From: Candidatus Atelocyanobacterium thalassae
GTDB taxonomy: Bacteria; Cyanobacteriota; Cyanobacteriia; Cyanobacteriales; Microcystaceae
Assembly: GCA_051971635.1 (NCBI GenBank)
Contig: JBFPLN010000004.1
Location: 64,001 to 128,000 of the forward strand
DNA: 64,000 bases
Direction: 5' to 3'
The notes beneath the pieces are model-generated. The model worked only from the letters and a program-made list of their open reading frames with translations. It did no database searches and was not told the DNA's origin. Positions within the stretch are counted from its first letter, which is position 1, and each line of letters starts with the position of its first letter. Position numbers and translations under genes: made by a program. Positions 42,403-54,000 of this stretch are shown in pieces.

Positions 42403-42436
42403 AAACAAAAAGAGGGTAGAAAACCTCTTTTTGTTT
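42403..42436. terminator. bidirectional terminator between convergent M16 gene and ndhF1
   Basis: AAACAAAAAGAGG-8nt-CCTCTTTTTGTTT. Confidence 0.7.
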
Positions 42437-42462
42437 CTGAAAATATTGAAATCTAATTATCT

Positions 42463-44493
42463 TCAAGTTGCGCTGGAAACAATTACAAATCCTAAAACTG
42501 CTCCAAAAAGAACTAGAGCATAGAATTGAACTCTTCCACTTTCAAAGTATTTAAGACCTTCTCCACTTACTAAAGTTGCTAATCCTGTTAAATTAACAAC
42601 TCCATCAATGACCCGATAATCGACCTCCATAATTTGGCGGGCTAATCGGCGACATCCTACTACAAAGACTTGATTATATATATCGTCAAAATACCATTTG
42701 TTTAGAGAAAGCTGGTATAGAGTAGGATATTTTTCTGCAACAGTATTTGGATCAAATTTATTTTGTAAATACATTAAAAATGCTACTAAAATACCGATAC
42801 TTGCTATTCCAACTGATGCTCCAGCCATAATAGCAAATTCAGTCCAATTAAAATGAACCATTTGCTCAACGACTTCTCCAGGAGCATGAATAAATCCCTC
42901 AAAGCTATTATTCCAAGGTCTACCTAGTATCCCGATAATTGTTGAAGGAATAGCTAAAGTTAACAATGGGAAAGTCATTGTTAGAGGCGATTCATGCGGT
43001 AAGCTACTACCATGACTATGATTTGTAGAATGATGTTCTGAGTCGCCATCATGAGTTGCTTCTGATTCTGAAGTAGCAGTAGATAATAGTTTTGTACGAA
43101 TCGTCATATCATTTCCTTTAAAATTACCTTCAAAGGTCATGAAATACATTCTGAACATGTAAAAAGCTGTTATTCCTGCTGTTAGCCATCCAACTAGCCA
43201 TAAAAGAGGATTTGATTGATAAGCTAATCCCAATATTTCGTCTTTAGACCAAAAACCAGCAAATGGAGGAATACCACAAATAGCAAGGGTACCAACTAAA
43301 AAGGCTAAAGATGTAAAAGGCATATATTTTCTAAGCCCTCCCATTAAACGCATATCTTGGGCTAATACAGCGTTATGTCCCACAACACCTTCCATCCCAT
43401 GAATGACAGATCCAGAACACAAGAATAACATGGCTTTAAAATAAGCATGAGTCATTAAGTGAAATAGTCCAGCACTATAAGCACCAATACCCATCGCCAT
43501 AACCATATATCCTAATTGAGACATAGTTGAATAAGCTAATCCCTTTTTAATATCATTTTGAGTAATTGCAATAGTTGCTCCTATAAATGAAGTGACTGCT
43601 CCTGTCCAAGCTATTATTGTCATTAATGTAGGAATGTGCTCAAATACTGGATACATTCTTGCTACTAAGAATACTCCTGCTGCTACCATAGTTGCTGCAT
43701 GGATAAGAGCAGAAATTGGTGTAGGTCCTTCCATAGCATCAGGCAACCAGACATGAAGTGGAAACTGAGCTGATTTTGCCACTGGACCTAAAAATACAAG
43801 TATTCCAAATATTGTAATAAGTGTTGGAGAAATCATATTTGAAGAGATTAGTTCTTCTAAACGCTGTCCCATTAGATCAAACTCAAAAGTTCGTGTTGCC
43901 CAATATAGACCCAGCATACCTAAAAGTAAACCAAAATCTCCAACACGGTTAGTAACAAAAGCTTTTTGGCAAGCATTGGCAGCTCCTGGACGGTCAAACC
44001 AAAAACCAATTAGTAGGTAAGAAGACATACCTACTAGCTCCCAAAAAACATAAATTTGTACTAAATTAGGACTGATAACTAGTCCTAACATGGAAGCGCT
44101 AAAAATACTTAAATAAGCATAAAAGCGTACATATCCTGGGTCATGAGCCATATAACCATCTGTATAAATCATCACCAAAAAAGCTACAGTAGTTACAATG
44201 ACACACATTAGAGAACTAAGATGGTCAAGTGTATAGCCCATTTCTAAGTGAAATTTTCCAGATGCAGCCCATTCGAACATCTGATTATATTCTCCATGAC
44301 CTTGAATTTGACTCCATAGAAGAACAAATGATAAAACCATGGATGTGCCTAACAGAGAAATAATGATCGCTGCATTGATTTGTCTAAGGCTATTGGTAAC
44401 TTGATTGAAGGTGATTAAACCCAAGCCAACTATTATTGCCCCTAAAAGAGGTAAAGTGGGAATTAGCCAGGCGTATTGATAAAGGGGTTCCAT
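42463..44493 (-). CDS. ndhF1: NAD(P)H-quinone oxidoreductase subunit 5 (respiratory NdhF1 type)
   Basis: MEPLYQYAWLIP, FWELVG, KAFVTNRVGDFG, KSAQFPLHVWLPDAMEGPTP. Confidence 0.95.
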   Translation of the reverse strand: MEPLYQYAWLIPTLPLLGAIIVGLGLITFNQVTNSLRQINAAIIISLLGTSMVLSFVLLWSQIQGHGEYNQMFEWAASGKFHLEMGYTLDHLSSLMCVIVTTVAFLVMIYTDGYMAHDPGYVRFYAYLSIFSASMLGLVISPNLVQIYVFWELVGMSSYLLIGFWFDRPGAANACQKAFVTNRVGDFGLLLGMLGLYWATRTFEFDLMGQRLEELISSNMISPTLITIFGILVFLGPVAKSAQFPLHVWLPDAMEGPTPISALIHAATMVAAGVFLVARMYPVFEHIPTLMTIIAWTGAVTSFIGATIAITQNDIKKGLAYSTMSQLGYMVMAMGIGAYSAGLFHLMTHAYFKAMLFLCSGSVIHGMEGVVGHNAVLAQDMRLMGGLRKYMPFTSLAFLVGTLAICGIPPFAGFWSKDEILGLAYQSNPLLWLVGWLTAGITAFYMFRMYFMTFEGNFKGNDMTIRTKLLSTATSESEATHDGDSEHHSTNHSHGSSLPHESPLTMTFPLLTLAIPSTIIGILGRPWNNSFEGFIHAPGEVVEQMVHFNWTEFAIMAGASVGIASIGILVAFLMYLQNKFDPNTVAEKYPTLYQLSLNKWYFDDIYNQVFVVGCRRLARQIMEVDYRVIDGVVNLTGLATLVSGEGLKYFESGRVQFYALVLFGAVLGFVIVSSAT

Positions 44494-45197
44494 ACCGTAA
44501 TGCCTAAGTTATTTGTTTTTGTATTTAGTTAATAACGTTAGCTTTTCGGTTAAGGGCTTCTCTAAGAAATTTATAACCCCTTTGTACTGAATGAATAGTA
44601 TCAAATACAAGACAATATCGAAAGAGATAATCCATATTTCTCTTTCTGTAAGTCTTTTTGATTTAAATTTCTATTAATTGGCCAATAACCTATAAGATAA
44701 CAAACTTAATTAAGTTACCTCTCTACACTCTGTTCAATTTAAAATGGAGTATTGAACTATATAGATATTTGAGGACACTATACTTTTATGATCTTAGCAA
44801 AAATGTGTAGAACTCATCAAATCTTAAACAATCTAGTAAATGTAAAAATCAAAAGTTTTCCATCTAATTTGATAAATGTTGTGTCTTTAGGCCAAGACGG
44901 AGATATTTTATGACTAATCTTACTCTAGATTAAGACTCTTATGGAGACATGGTCTACTAAGATGGTAATCGGAATAATAAAAGTAATAACCTAAAATAAA
45001 CAAATAATCTAAAAAAGAATAAATAAGCTTTTTGATAATTTAAAGGAAATGATTTCAGCAATAGCTGAGCATCTGTTAATATATTCACTGTATTCTTAAG
45101 ATTCACAAAAAATAACTTAGTTTCTTATTCTCAATATGATACTAATAATGAGAATTTTTCTTTATTCTATTTACACTTTTAAGTACAGCATAATAAT

Positions 45198-46643
45198 ATG
45201 ACATCTATTCGCAAACTTCATCAACAATTAATCAATAAAGACAGAACTGCGGTTGAAATTACTAAAGAAGCATTAGAAAGAATCGAATCAGTTGACTCAA
45301 GAGTTAAGAGTTTTTTACAGGTAACATCTGATTATGCTTTATCACGAGCTAAACAGGTCGATGATAAGATTGCTAATAAAGAAGAAATAGGAATTTTGGC
45401 AGGTATTCCCATTGGAGTAAAAGATAATATGATTACCTCTGGAATTACCACTACTTGTGGTTCTAGGATTTTAAAAAATTTTGTTCCTTCTTATGAATCT
45501 ACTGTAACTCAAAAACTTCAAGATGCTGGAGCTATTATGGTGGGGAAGACTAATTTAGATGAGTTTGCGATGGGAAGTTCTACAGAAAATTCTGGTTATC
45601 AGGTTACTGCTAATCCTTGGGATATATCCAGAGTTCCTGGAGGATCTTCAGGAGGATCTGCTGCAGCTGTAGCAGCTGCAGAATGTTTGGTTTCTATTGG
45701 TTCAGATACTGGAGGCTCTATTCGTCAGCCTGCAGCTTTATGTGGTGTAGTTGGATTAAAACCAACTTATGGATTAGTCTCTAGGTTTGGCTTAGTAGCT
45801 TATGCCTCATCTCTAGATCAAGTTGGACCATTTGCTCGTAGCGTAGAGGATACAGCTATCGTACTAGGAGCTATTGCCGGGCACGATCCTAAAGATTCTA
45901 CTAGTATTAAATTTTCAGTTCCAGATTATACTAAATTCCTTAATCCATCATTGAAAGGATTAACAATTGGAGTAATTGAAGAAACTTTTACAGGGGGGAT
46001 AGAAGAAGAAGTTAGTAATGTTGTCCGGAATGCAATTGATCACTTAAAAACATTAGGTGCAAAGATAGTTAATGTTTCCTGTCCTAGTTTTCGTTACGGC
46101 CTACCTGCTTACTATATTATAGCTCCCGCCGAAGCTTCTTCGAATTTAGCACGCTATGATGCAGTTAAATATGGATTAAGAGAACAAGCAGATACTCTTA
46201 CAAATATGTATACTAGCACTAGAACTCAAGGTCTTGGGGCAGAAGTAAAAAGACGTATTATGTTGGGTACTTATACATTATCCACAGGATATTATGATGC
46301 GTATTATCTTAAAGCTCAAAAGGTAAGGACCTTAATCAAAAAAGATTTTGATACTAATTTTGAAAAAGTAGATGTCTTGGTATGTCCAACATCTCCAACA
46401 ACAGCTTTTAAAGCTGGTGAAAAAATATCTGAACCTTTAAATATGTATTTATCTGATCTAATGACTATTCCTGTAAATTTAGCTGGATTACCTGGAATGA
46501 GCATTCCTTGTGGTTTTGATAAAAAGGGTTTGCCCGTTGGATTACAACTCATAGGTAATATTCTTGAGGAAGGAAAACTTTTTCAAGTAGGTTATGCTTA
46601 CGAACAATCTACTCCATGGCACAATCTATCACCTCAGCTATAA
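45198..46643 (+). CDS. gatA: Asp/Glu-tRNA amidotransferase subunit A
   Basis: [49 protein letters not shown]. Confidence 0.97.
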   Translation: MTSIRKLHQQLINKDRTAVEITKEALERIESVDSRVKSFLQVTSDYALSRAKQVDDKIANKEEIGILAGIPIGVKDNMITSGITTTCGSRILKNFVPSYESTVTQKLQDAGAIMVGKTNLDEFAMGSSTENSGYQVTANPWDISRVPGGSSGGSAAAVAAAECLVSIGSDTGGSIRQPAALCGVVGLKPTYGLVSRFGLVAYASSLDQVGPFARSVEDTAIVLGAIAGHDPKDSTSIKFSVPDYTKFLNPSLKGLTIGVIEETFTGGIEEEVSNVVRNAIDHLKTLGAKIVNVSCPSFRYGLPAYYIIAPAEASSNLARYDAVKYGLREQADTLTNMYTSTRTQGLGAEVKRRIMLGTYTLSTGYYDAYYLKAQKVRTLIKKDFDTNFEKVDVLVCPTSPTTAFKAGEKISEPLNMYLSDLMTIPVNLAGLPGMSIPCGFDKKGLPVGLQLIGNILEEGKLFQVGYAYEQSTPWHNLSPQL

Positions 46644-46696
46644 AAATTGACTAAAAACAAAAAATTTAGCAAATATTTCGCTTCAACTGGACAGAC

Positions 46697-47860
46697 TTAT
46701 CGATATACAGGCAATGTGAAATGAAAACAACTTCCTTGACCGAACACACTGTCTACCCAAATTTGTCCATAATGAACGCGAATTATTTTACGACATAAAG
46801 ATAAACCTAACCCATAACCTTCTTTATTTTGATCTCTTTGTAATCGAAAATGACCTTCAAAGATTCTCTCTTCCTTTTCCTTAGGAATACCTGGCCCAGT
46901 ATCAGAAATACTTACTTGTACTTTTTGGCTAGTACGATGAAGAATTGATAGAGTAACCTTCCCATCTTCTGGTGTATATTTAATTGCATTATCTAATAAG
47001 TTGATAATAACTTGGCGAATCAATTCTTCATCCGCATATACACCTGGTACATCTTCAGGAATATCTTGTATTAAGCTGATTGACTTTTCCTTTAGTAAAC
47101 TAATATATCTTCTAAAAATTTCTCTAAATAAATGGGATAGAGAAACTTCTGTACGTTCTACTTTTAGTTCACCATTCATACTTTTTGATGCCTGTAAAAT
47201 ATCAGTAATCAAACGATTCATGATTTGTAGCTGATTATGTATTTGGGAGAATAGTTGTTTTCTAAGTTTTTTACAACGCTCATTAGTTTGCTTATTTTGA
47301 ACAATTTCTAAAGTATCTACAGCTATAGAAGAAGCAGTGAGTGGACTGCGCAAATCATGGGCTAACATAGCTAAAACTTGATCTTTAAAATTTAACTGAT
47401 CTAATAGATCTTTTTTCTCTTTTTTTAAACGAAAAACTTCATCAGATAAACGTATAAGTTCTTCTGAATATTCAATTAAACCAATTTTAGTAACAGCATT
47501 GTTTTCTATTTGACAATCACTATACTTATTCTCTAATAATAATTTCCATTGAGGCCACCATTTTTCTAGTTGGTTAATTAAATTACTTCCAGCCAAAATT
47601 TGTCTTTGTCCTGGTGATACCTTTACAAGTGCAGGAGTAGCGACTAAACGAAAATGTTCTACAAGATGAGGTTGTTCACGGATTTCAATTACTTCTAACT
47701 GGCAAGAACAACTTTTTTTAGCGATTTCGATATAGTTTTGTATTAATCTTACATATTCATTAGAGCCAGGACGTTCATCTATAAACAATAATAACTGGAT
47801 AGACATAGGAATGAAGTAATCATTTTCAGTATTTATTCTATGTTTCAATGACTCTACCAT
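46697..47860 (-). CDS. sasA: clock-associated histidine kinase SasA
   Basis: KaiB-like N-terminus (QLLLFIDERP...QPHLVEHFRLVATPALVK), H-box AHDLRSPL, N/G boxes NLLDNAIKY, DTGPGI, GYGLGL. Confidence 0.93.
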   Translation of the reverse strand: MVESLKHRINTENDYFIPMSIQLLLFIDERPGSNEYVRLIQNYIEIAKKSCSCQLEVIEIREQPHLVEHFRLVATPALVKVSPGQRQILAGSNLINQLEKWWPQWKLLLENKYSDCQIENNAVTKIGLIEYSEELIRLSDEVFRLKKEKKDLLDQLNFKDQVLAMLAHDLRSPLTASSIAVDTLEIVQNKQTNERCKKLRKQLFSQIHNQLQIMNRLITDILQASKSMNGELKVERTEVSLSHLFREIFRRYISLLKEKSISLIQDIPEDVPGVYADEELIRQVIINLLDNAIKYTPEDGKVTLSILHRTSQKVQVSISDTGPGIPKEKEERIFEGHFRLQRDQNKEGYGLGLSLCRKIIRVHYGQIWVDSVFGQGSCFHFTLPVYR

Positions 47861-47947
47861 TGAAGCTTAAGATCACATATGTGTTAATTGAGAGTAAAGA
47901 TAAGTAATAACTCAGGGAAAATATTTATCAACTAATTTATATTTTAA

Positions 47948-47975
47948 TATTAAAAATAATTAATTATTTTTAATA
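47948..47975. repeat. 28-bp perfect AT palindrome upstream of sasA
   Basis: TATTAAAAATAATT|AATTATTTTTAATA. Confidence 0.7.
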
Positions 47976-48469
47976 CTAAACTGTAATTGCAAAAACTTCA
48001 TGGATGAATTATTTATATTATAGTAAATTCGCTAAAGATTATTCCTTATATCCACTCCTATCTAGTGTTATGTAATTTTTTAGAAGAAGCACAATAATCG
48101 GGATATATGCAATAAGGATAGGACCATATGGATGGATGAATAATTATATTTATTAATATTTGTTTTTTTTGAATCAGATTTTTCCTGAAATTAGATTTAC
48201 TTTCAATATAAAAATGATTGTACTTATTTAATTGCTAAAAAAATATAGTGCAGAAAATTATTTATCTCTGCACTATGATATTATTAGCTAGTAATAAATT
48301 TTTTCTTAAATAAGTTTATTAATTCTTTTTTAGGAAAAAACTTATTCTTAATTAACAAAGGAGTTTACTAAAGCTAGTAGATACCTTTCAAAGTGATAAA
48401 TATTTAATTAATAACTTTAAGTAAATAACTGATGATAACAACTTATTGTTTATATGTATCAGTTTTAAG

Positions 48470-48781
48470 TTAGTTACTACCGCTAAATGTCACTTCTAAG
48501 AATTTAGCTTGCGCTTCCTTCATGGTAATACTTTTTCCTTGGTTACGAAGATCTTGCCAATAATTAATGACTTCTGTTGCCTTGTTTAAGACTTCAATTC
48601 TTTCTGTTTCTAAGATCCAATGCTTTGCTTCTAGTTCATTTTTTAACTCTTGCCAAGCATTATTGCGTGGCCAAAAGAAATAAGCAGTTAAAGGACTGGT
48701 TCCTTTTCCAACAATTTGATCAACGGCGATTGCTACATTAGCATCTAACCAAAGAACTTTTAATATAAATCTAGGCTCCAA
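48470..48781 (-). CDS. ycf65: 30S ribosomal protein PSRP-3/Ycf65
   Basis: [32 protein letters not shown] start with GGAGG RBS. Confidence 0.93.
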   Translation of the reverse strand: MEPRFILKVLWLDANVAIAVDQIVGKGTSPLTAYFFWPRNNAWQELKNELEAKHWILETERIEVLNKATEVINYWQDLRNQGKSITMKEAQAKFLEVTFSGSN

Positions 48782-48838
48782 TTACGCCTCCGGTGGGTAG
48801 ACTGCACAAATATTTTAAATATGAGACCCTTCATTATA
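48782..48838 (-). promoter_or_regulatory. TATAAT promoter and short structured leader of ycf65
   Basis: TATAAT at 48838-48833; leader GGGTCTCATATTTAAAATATTTGTGCAGTCTACCCACCGGAGGCG with GGGT/ACCC closing helix. Confidence 0.55.
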
Positions 48839-49593
48839 ACTTATTTAGAATAAATTGTACTATGAAATAAAACAAAGAATTTATTAAAAGGCTAAATTAC
48901 CATACTTATTATTTAACTATTCTTATAAATTCTCTTATACAATGACTTTTAATTAATAAAAAATTAAAGTATTGCTAATAATTAATTATATGTTCTGAAT
49001 AAAAGACATAAAGCATACAGTATACTAAGCAATATTAATAGGTAGATACAATTACTTAGGACTAACAGTTTCATAAGATAAATACTTTTTAAGAAACTAA
49101 TTATTTTCTGGCTTTAATTACCTTTAATCAGTTAAGGAGCTCAAAGGATAACTATGTAGAAATTATCTTTTTAATAAAAGTATCATACTAATATTAACTA
49201 AACTTACTTATTTTATATTTATATGGCTATTCAATTATGGTAGCTGTTTGACAAATTAAGATTTTTAAAAATAAAATCTCTTATAATTATTCACTTTTAT
49301 CTATTGTTTGCTACAATCTTGTTAATCTCATTTGCCTTACAAATAATTATAGTTTTTTTAGTCTAAATACTTTTAGTAAAATAATAAATTCTTTGTAAAA
49401 TATTTGCTATCTACTTATATATTCTGTATTTTTTATATATCAATATATTCCATTACTATTATTAGTTTACATATGAAAAAGAAATATTTTATATCTTTAA
49501 CATACTTATTTAACCTAAAAAATATAGTGTTCAATAACTTCTGTTTATAACTTTTTGCATAGAAAAATTCTTAACTGCTAGAAAAATATATAA

Positions 49594-50928
49594 ATGAACT
49601 CTTCTACATACCGTTTTAAAAGTAAACTATTTAATCTATTTAATCGTCAATCTTTATTATTCAAAGAACATATTTTTTATCAGAGTAAACGAATAAAAAT
49701 TGTCTTTAAATTGGGTATACAACTTATTGTATACCCAATTTATTTCCTTGTACATACGAAAAAAAATAGTCAAAAAAGATTTGGAGGCGCTAGTTATCTA
49801 TTAAATGTCTCTTTCTCAAATACTGATTTTTATTTAGAAAAAATACTTAAGAAAGTACACTATCTTTTATCAGATTTTGAAAAGCAAAAAAAATTAAATA
49901 ATGAAATTTTTATCGAGAATGATAATATTACTAGTTCAGTTCAAGGACTAGCTAGCAATTTAATTACCCATAAATTAATATTAGTTACTAACAATAATCT
50001 TACTATTGATGTATTGTCCGAAAATCAAATAGTTTATTTATGTAAATATATAAATTTACAATTAGACAATTATACAAATAATTCGAAATATAGTAAGGTC
50101 CATGATTTACATTTAATAACTAAATTTTTTACAAAGCAAAATTCTATTTCATTCTTAATGTCTCTTTTTTGGCGACTAATGCTTTGGATGAAAAGTGAAT
50201 CATTGGCTATAAATCTTAATTGTTTCGGAGAACTATCTAATACATCTTCGAAATCAGAAAACTTATTAGAAAAAATACAAAGACCCATAGCTAACGATTT
50301 CAGTAGAAGTAACAAGTCTTCTCTTTATTTTTTAATAGGTAAGATACTTCAAAAGTATCAAGGATATTTGCAGAATAGAAGTTACCAAACCCTTAGAAAT
50401 CAAAGTAATCAATTCTCCCTGAGATTTCTCGTATACACAACTATATATTATTTTCTAAGTCAGATTTTATCTAATGAATATTTAAGATATAGTCTGAAAC
50501 AAAAAAAAATAAATTTATATAAAACACAAGATAATGAAAATAGATACATGTGGTTGTCTTGGGACAAAACATATAATAAATCTACATCTTCAAAAAAATA
50601 TCTTTCACAACCTTCTAGCCTTATTGCATTAAGTAATGATGATAGATTACTCTACGAATATAATCTACAAAAACATAAAGCAAATTGTCTAGACGTTAAT
50701 CAAGCTTATAAAGGATCAATAAATAGTCAGTTGATTTATGAAAAAAGCAAGAGAAAACGGGAAGAACTTACAACAAATTACACAGAAGTAGGAATAAAGT
50801 CTAGAGGATATGTTAAACATCCTCTAACTAGAATTTTAGAATTGCTAGACATAATTATTTTCTGGATAGAACAATTACTAGTAAAAATATGGACAATAGT
50901 ACTTAGAATACTTAATTATAAAGAGTAG
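49594..50928 (+). CDS. hypothetical protein, highly diverged
   Basis: 444-aa open frame; recognisable cyanobacterial-type blocks VQGLAS.L....L.LV..NN and GYVKHPL.RILE.LD. Confidence 0.7.
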   Translation: MNSSTYRFKSKLFNLFNRQSLLFKEHIFYQSKRIKIVFKLGIQLIVYPIYFLVHTKKNSQKRFGGASYLLNVSFSNTDFYLEKILKKVHYLLSDFEKQKKLNNEIFIENDNITSSVQGLASNLITHKLILVTNNNLTIDVLSENQIVYLCKYINLQLDNYTNNSKYSKVHDLHLITKFFTKQNSISFLMSLFWRLMLWMKSESLAINLNCFGELSNTSSKSENLLEKIQRPIANDFSRSNKSSLYFLIGKILQKYQGYLQNRSYQTLRNQSNQFSLRFLVYTTIYYFLSQILSNEYLRYSLKQKKINLYKTQDNENRYMWLSWDKTYNKSTSSKKYLSQPSSLIALSNDDRLLYEYNLQKHKANCLDVNQAYKGSINSQLIYEKSKRKREELTTNYTEVGIKSRGYVKHPLTRILELLDIIIFWIEQLLVKIWTIVLRILNYKE

Positions 50929-51102
50929 GTAAAGATAGGCAAAATAAAATATATTTATTATTAATATTGAAATCAGTAAATATAATCTTTATTAAATTTT
51001 ATTGGATAGTATGTATCTAGGTAATTAAATATGTCGTTCAAAGATATACCCTACTATAATTCTTTTCTTAGTTAAAGAAATGTTTAATATTATAAGCATT
51101 TT

Positions 51103-51351
51103 TCAGTTAGGGATAGGTAGTCCTGGACATAAGCGAAGCCACTTTCCTGTTTCCTCAAGAAAACTCTCGCAGCTTACAATATCCCATTCTATTTCAATAT
51201 AATCATCCTTTGGACGAATATTTACATTAATATCAGCTTGTATAGGGTTAAAAGATGGTTTATCAGTTAAATGGGATTGTTGATGCTGTTCTTCAACTGC
51301 ATGATAAGTTTGACAAACGTCAACATAATGACAGTTAACACAAATACACAT
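51103..51351 (-). CDS. ycf34: Ycf34 family protein
   Basis: MCICVNCHYVD.C.TYHAVE.QH, EWDIVSC.SF..E.GKW. Confidence 0.92.
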   Translation of the reverse strand: MCICVNCHYVDVCQTYHAVEEQHQQSHLTDKPSFNPIQADINVNIRPKDDYIEIEWDIVSCESFLEETGKWLRLCPGLPIPN

Positions 51352-51434
51352 ACTTTTTCTCTATAATTTATACTAACTTAGCGTAAATTAAGAAGACTCG
51401 ACTAACTTCTAAAATTTGCTTTTATACTGTAAAA

Positions 51435-52700
51435 ATGAGGCAACAAACAGTTCTAAATTTATCTCCAAATATATTACCTTTTGAATTAAGTATTCTGCCA
51501 TCTACAGCTTACTTGGTAGGAGGAGCAGTAAGAAATATACTGTTAAGTTCTGAACAAGATTATATCGATTTAGATATAATCTTACCAAACTTTGTTCCTG
51601 AAATAGCAAAAAAGATTGCTTATAATTATCATGTAAATTTCATTATTTTAGATTCGAAAAGAAGTATTGTTAGAATTATTTTCAGGGAAAGAACTGTTGA
51701 TTTAGCCAAGCAAAATGGAAATTATGTAAATAAAGACTTAAAACAGAGAGATTTTACTATTAACGCAATTGCTTATAGTTTCTATAAACAGCAAATAATT
51801 GACTCTTCAGAAGGTTTGAAAGATTTACAGATGAGAATCATTAAAATGATTAACATCAAAAATATCCAAGATGATCCTCTCAGATTAATACGTGCTTATA
51901 GGCAAGCTTCTCAATTAAATTTTACTATCGAAACTAAGACACGAGATGCAATTAAGAAATTATCTCCTCAAATTTCTCAAGTCGCTGTAGAAAGAATACA
52001 AACAGAACTTAACTATTTATTACAAAATTTTAATGGTAGCGATTGGTTGATTGAAATGGAGAAAGATAATCTACTGAAATCTATTTTTTCTGATTTAAAC
52101 CAAAATAATTTGTGTTATCTAAAACAAGTCAACCGTAAAATTTTATTATTAATAAATAAGTTGAAAAATAATGAGTTCAATGTTTTTTTTAATATCAATG
52201 ACATCCGTGAAGTTTACAATAGTAAATTAATTCAAAAAGTAAAACTTCTATGTCTATTATCTCAAAATTTTGAGATAGCCACTCAACAACTTATACATTT
52301 AAAGTATTCTAAAAATGACATAAAAACTTTACCTACAATTTTAAAAAAGACTTTATTGATTGGCAAAAAGGAAATTTTTAAGAAAGATATTTATTCTATT
52401 TTTTTAGAAACAGATAAGAACTTTCCCATTTTTGCTTTATTTTCTTTAGTAAAAAATATAAATAATGACTTCATTATTGAACTTATTTATCGTTACCTCA
52501 ATCCTCTTGATAAACTATCTCATCCACACTCTCTAATAACAGGACATGATTTAATTACGCATCTAAAAATCAAACAAGGACAAAAAATAGGACAAATATT
52601 AAATTGTATTCAAGTTGCCTATATTGAAGAGAAAATATTTACCAAAAAAGAAGCTTTAGATCTAGCAGAAGAAATATATAATAATATAAGTTATATATAA
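51435..52700 (+). CDS. cca: class II tRNA nucleotidyltransferase (probably CC-adding type)
   Basis: LVGGAVR, DLD, DL..RDFTINA, DDPLRLIRAYR, VAVERI. Confidence 0.88.
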   Translation: MRQQTVLNLSPNILPFELSILPSTAYLVGGAVRNILLSSEQDYIDLDIILPNFVPEIAKKIAYNYHVNFIILDSKRSIVRIIFRERTVDLAKQNGNYVNKDLKQRDFTINAIAYSFYKQQIIDSSEGLKDLQMRIIKMINIKNIQDDPLRLIRAYRQASQLNFTIETKTRDAIKKLSPQISQVAVERIQTELNYLLQNFNGSDWLIEMEKDNLLKSIFSDLNQNNLCYLKQVNRKILLLINKLKNNEFNVFFNINDIREVYNSKLIQKVKLLCLLSQNFEIATQQLIHLKYSKNDIKTLPTILKKTLLIGKKEIFKKDIYSIFLETDKNFPIFALFSLVKNINNDFIIELIYRYLNPLDKLSHPHSLITGHDLITHLKIKQGQKIGQILNCIQVAYIEEKIFTKKEALDLAEEIYNNISYI

Positions 52701-52939
52701 GCTTATTCTTATATGTATTAGAATAGTTAAAATTATGTTAGCGTCTAAGTTATCTACTTTATGCAATATAAGTTTCGTAGTCTAGCCTGATACCAACTGA
52801 AGACTTATACATCTACATATTTTATTAGCTGATGTATTTTCTGCCATACTAACTCCAAAAAATAATATATGCAATATTATTATTCTTTAGAAATTAGTAG
52901 CATTATGCATCTTATCTTTTAACAAAATTTTTTATCTTC

Positions 52940-53497
52940 ATGTCGTATGAATCTCTAAGACTCTATATTCCTCAAACTGATGAAATTGATGAAATTGTTT
53001 CCTTAGATAAAATTTGTCTGGGAGGCCTCTGGACAATAGATAATTACGAAAGAGAGTTGCAAAGTCCAAATAGTCATTTTCTAGTTCTATCTTTAAATTC
53101 GATGAATTCAATAATTGGATGTGGATGTTTTTGGAGAATTCTAGAAGAAGCACATATTACATTATTGATGGTTGATCCAAGATATCAAGGACAAGGTTTA
53201 GGACAATTATTGCTCTATAGTCTCTTAAAAGATGCTGCCGCAAATCAATTAGAGCATGCAACTCTAGAAGTTCGTGCTTCTAACAAATCTGCTATTTGTT
53301 TATATGAAAAATTTGGATTTAAAATTGCCGGAAGGCGTAAAGAATACTATAAAAAAACTAAAGAAGATGCTCTAATTTTTTGGAAAAGTGATTTAAATCA
53401 TCCCACTTTCCAAAAAGAATTATCTTTTTGGAAAAAACTAATTCATAGACGTTTAGTCAATAGCTGTTATCTTCCTCCGGACTTTATTAGCTATTAA
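52940..53497 (+). CDS. rimI: ribosomal-protein-alanine N-acetyltransferase
   Basis: EEAHIT, YQGQGLG, TLEVRASN..AI.LYEKFGF..AGRRKEYY. Confidence 0.92.
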   Translation: MSYESLRLYIPQTDEIDEIVSLDKICLGGLWTIDNYERELQSPNSHFLVLSLNSMNSIIGCGCFWRILEEAHITLLMVDPRYQGQGLGQLLLYSLLKDAAANQLEHATLEVRASNKSAICLYEKFGFKIAGRRKEYYKKTKEDALIFWKSDLNHPTFQKELSFWKKLIHRRLVNSCYLPPDFISY

Positions 53498-54000
53498 TCT
53501 TGAAACTATACACCTTTATATTTTTTTATGAATAGACTATAGTTCCAGTTATTAATAAAAACTATAGTCTTTATTAATTATTTTTCAAGGAATATATTTT
53601 AAGCTCCATCACTTATATTGAAGATTTTTTTCTAAGTACATGGAAATTTTTTTATTATGACTTAATAATAAATTAAGCTTTTAGAATATAGATTACAATC
53701 ACATGGAATCTATTAGACTAATAGATTGAGTTATACAAATATTATGAAAGACTAGGCTATGGACTATACATTTTAAATTACCTACGTTTATTAAATATCT
53801 TTTATAGGATAAGTTATAAAATTTAAGAATCTAAATATTAACTTTGAAAGCTTACTTAGTAAATGATATAAAATTAGGACGAAAATAAACTAAACTAATT
53901 ATTTATTATAGTTGACTAAACTAGTGAAATAAAAAAACTCAGAGTTTAGTTTTTAACTAATAGCATTACAAAAATAAAGCCTTAATATTAATATAAATTT

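Noticed and set aside
44860..44990. Slightly GC-richer patch between ndhF1 and gatA with a GTCTT/AAGAC mini-hairpin
   Set aside because: Too short and weak to call a pseudogene or RNA without a homology search
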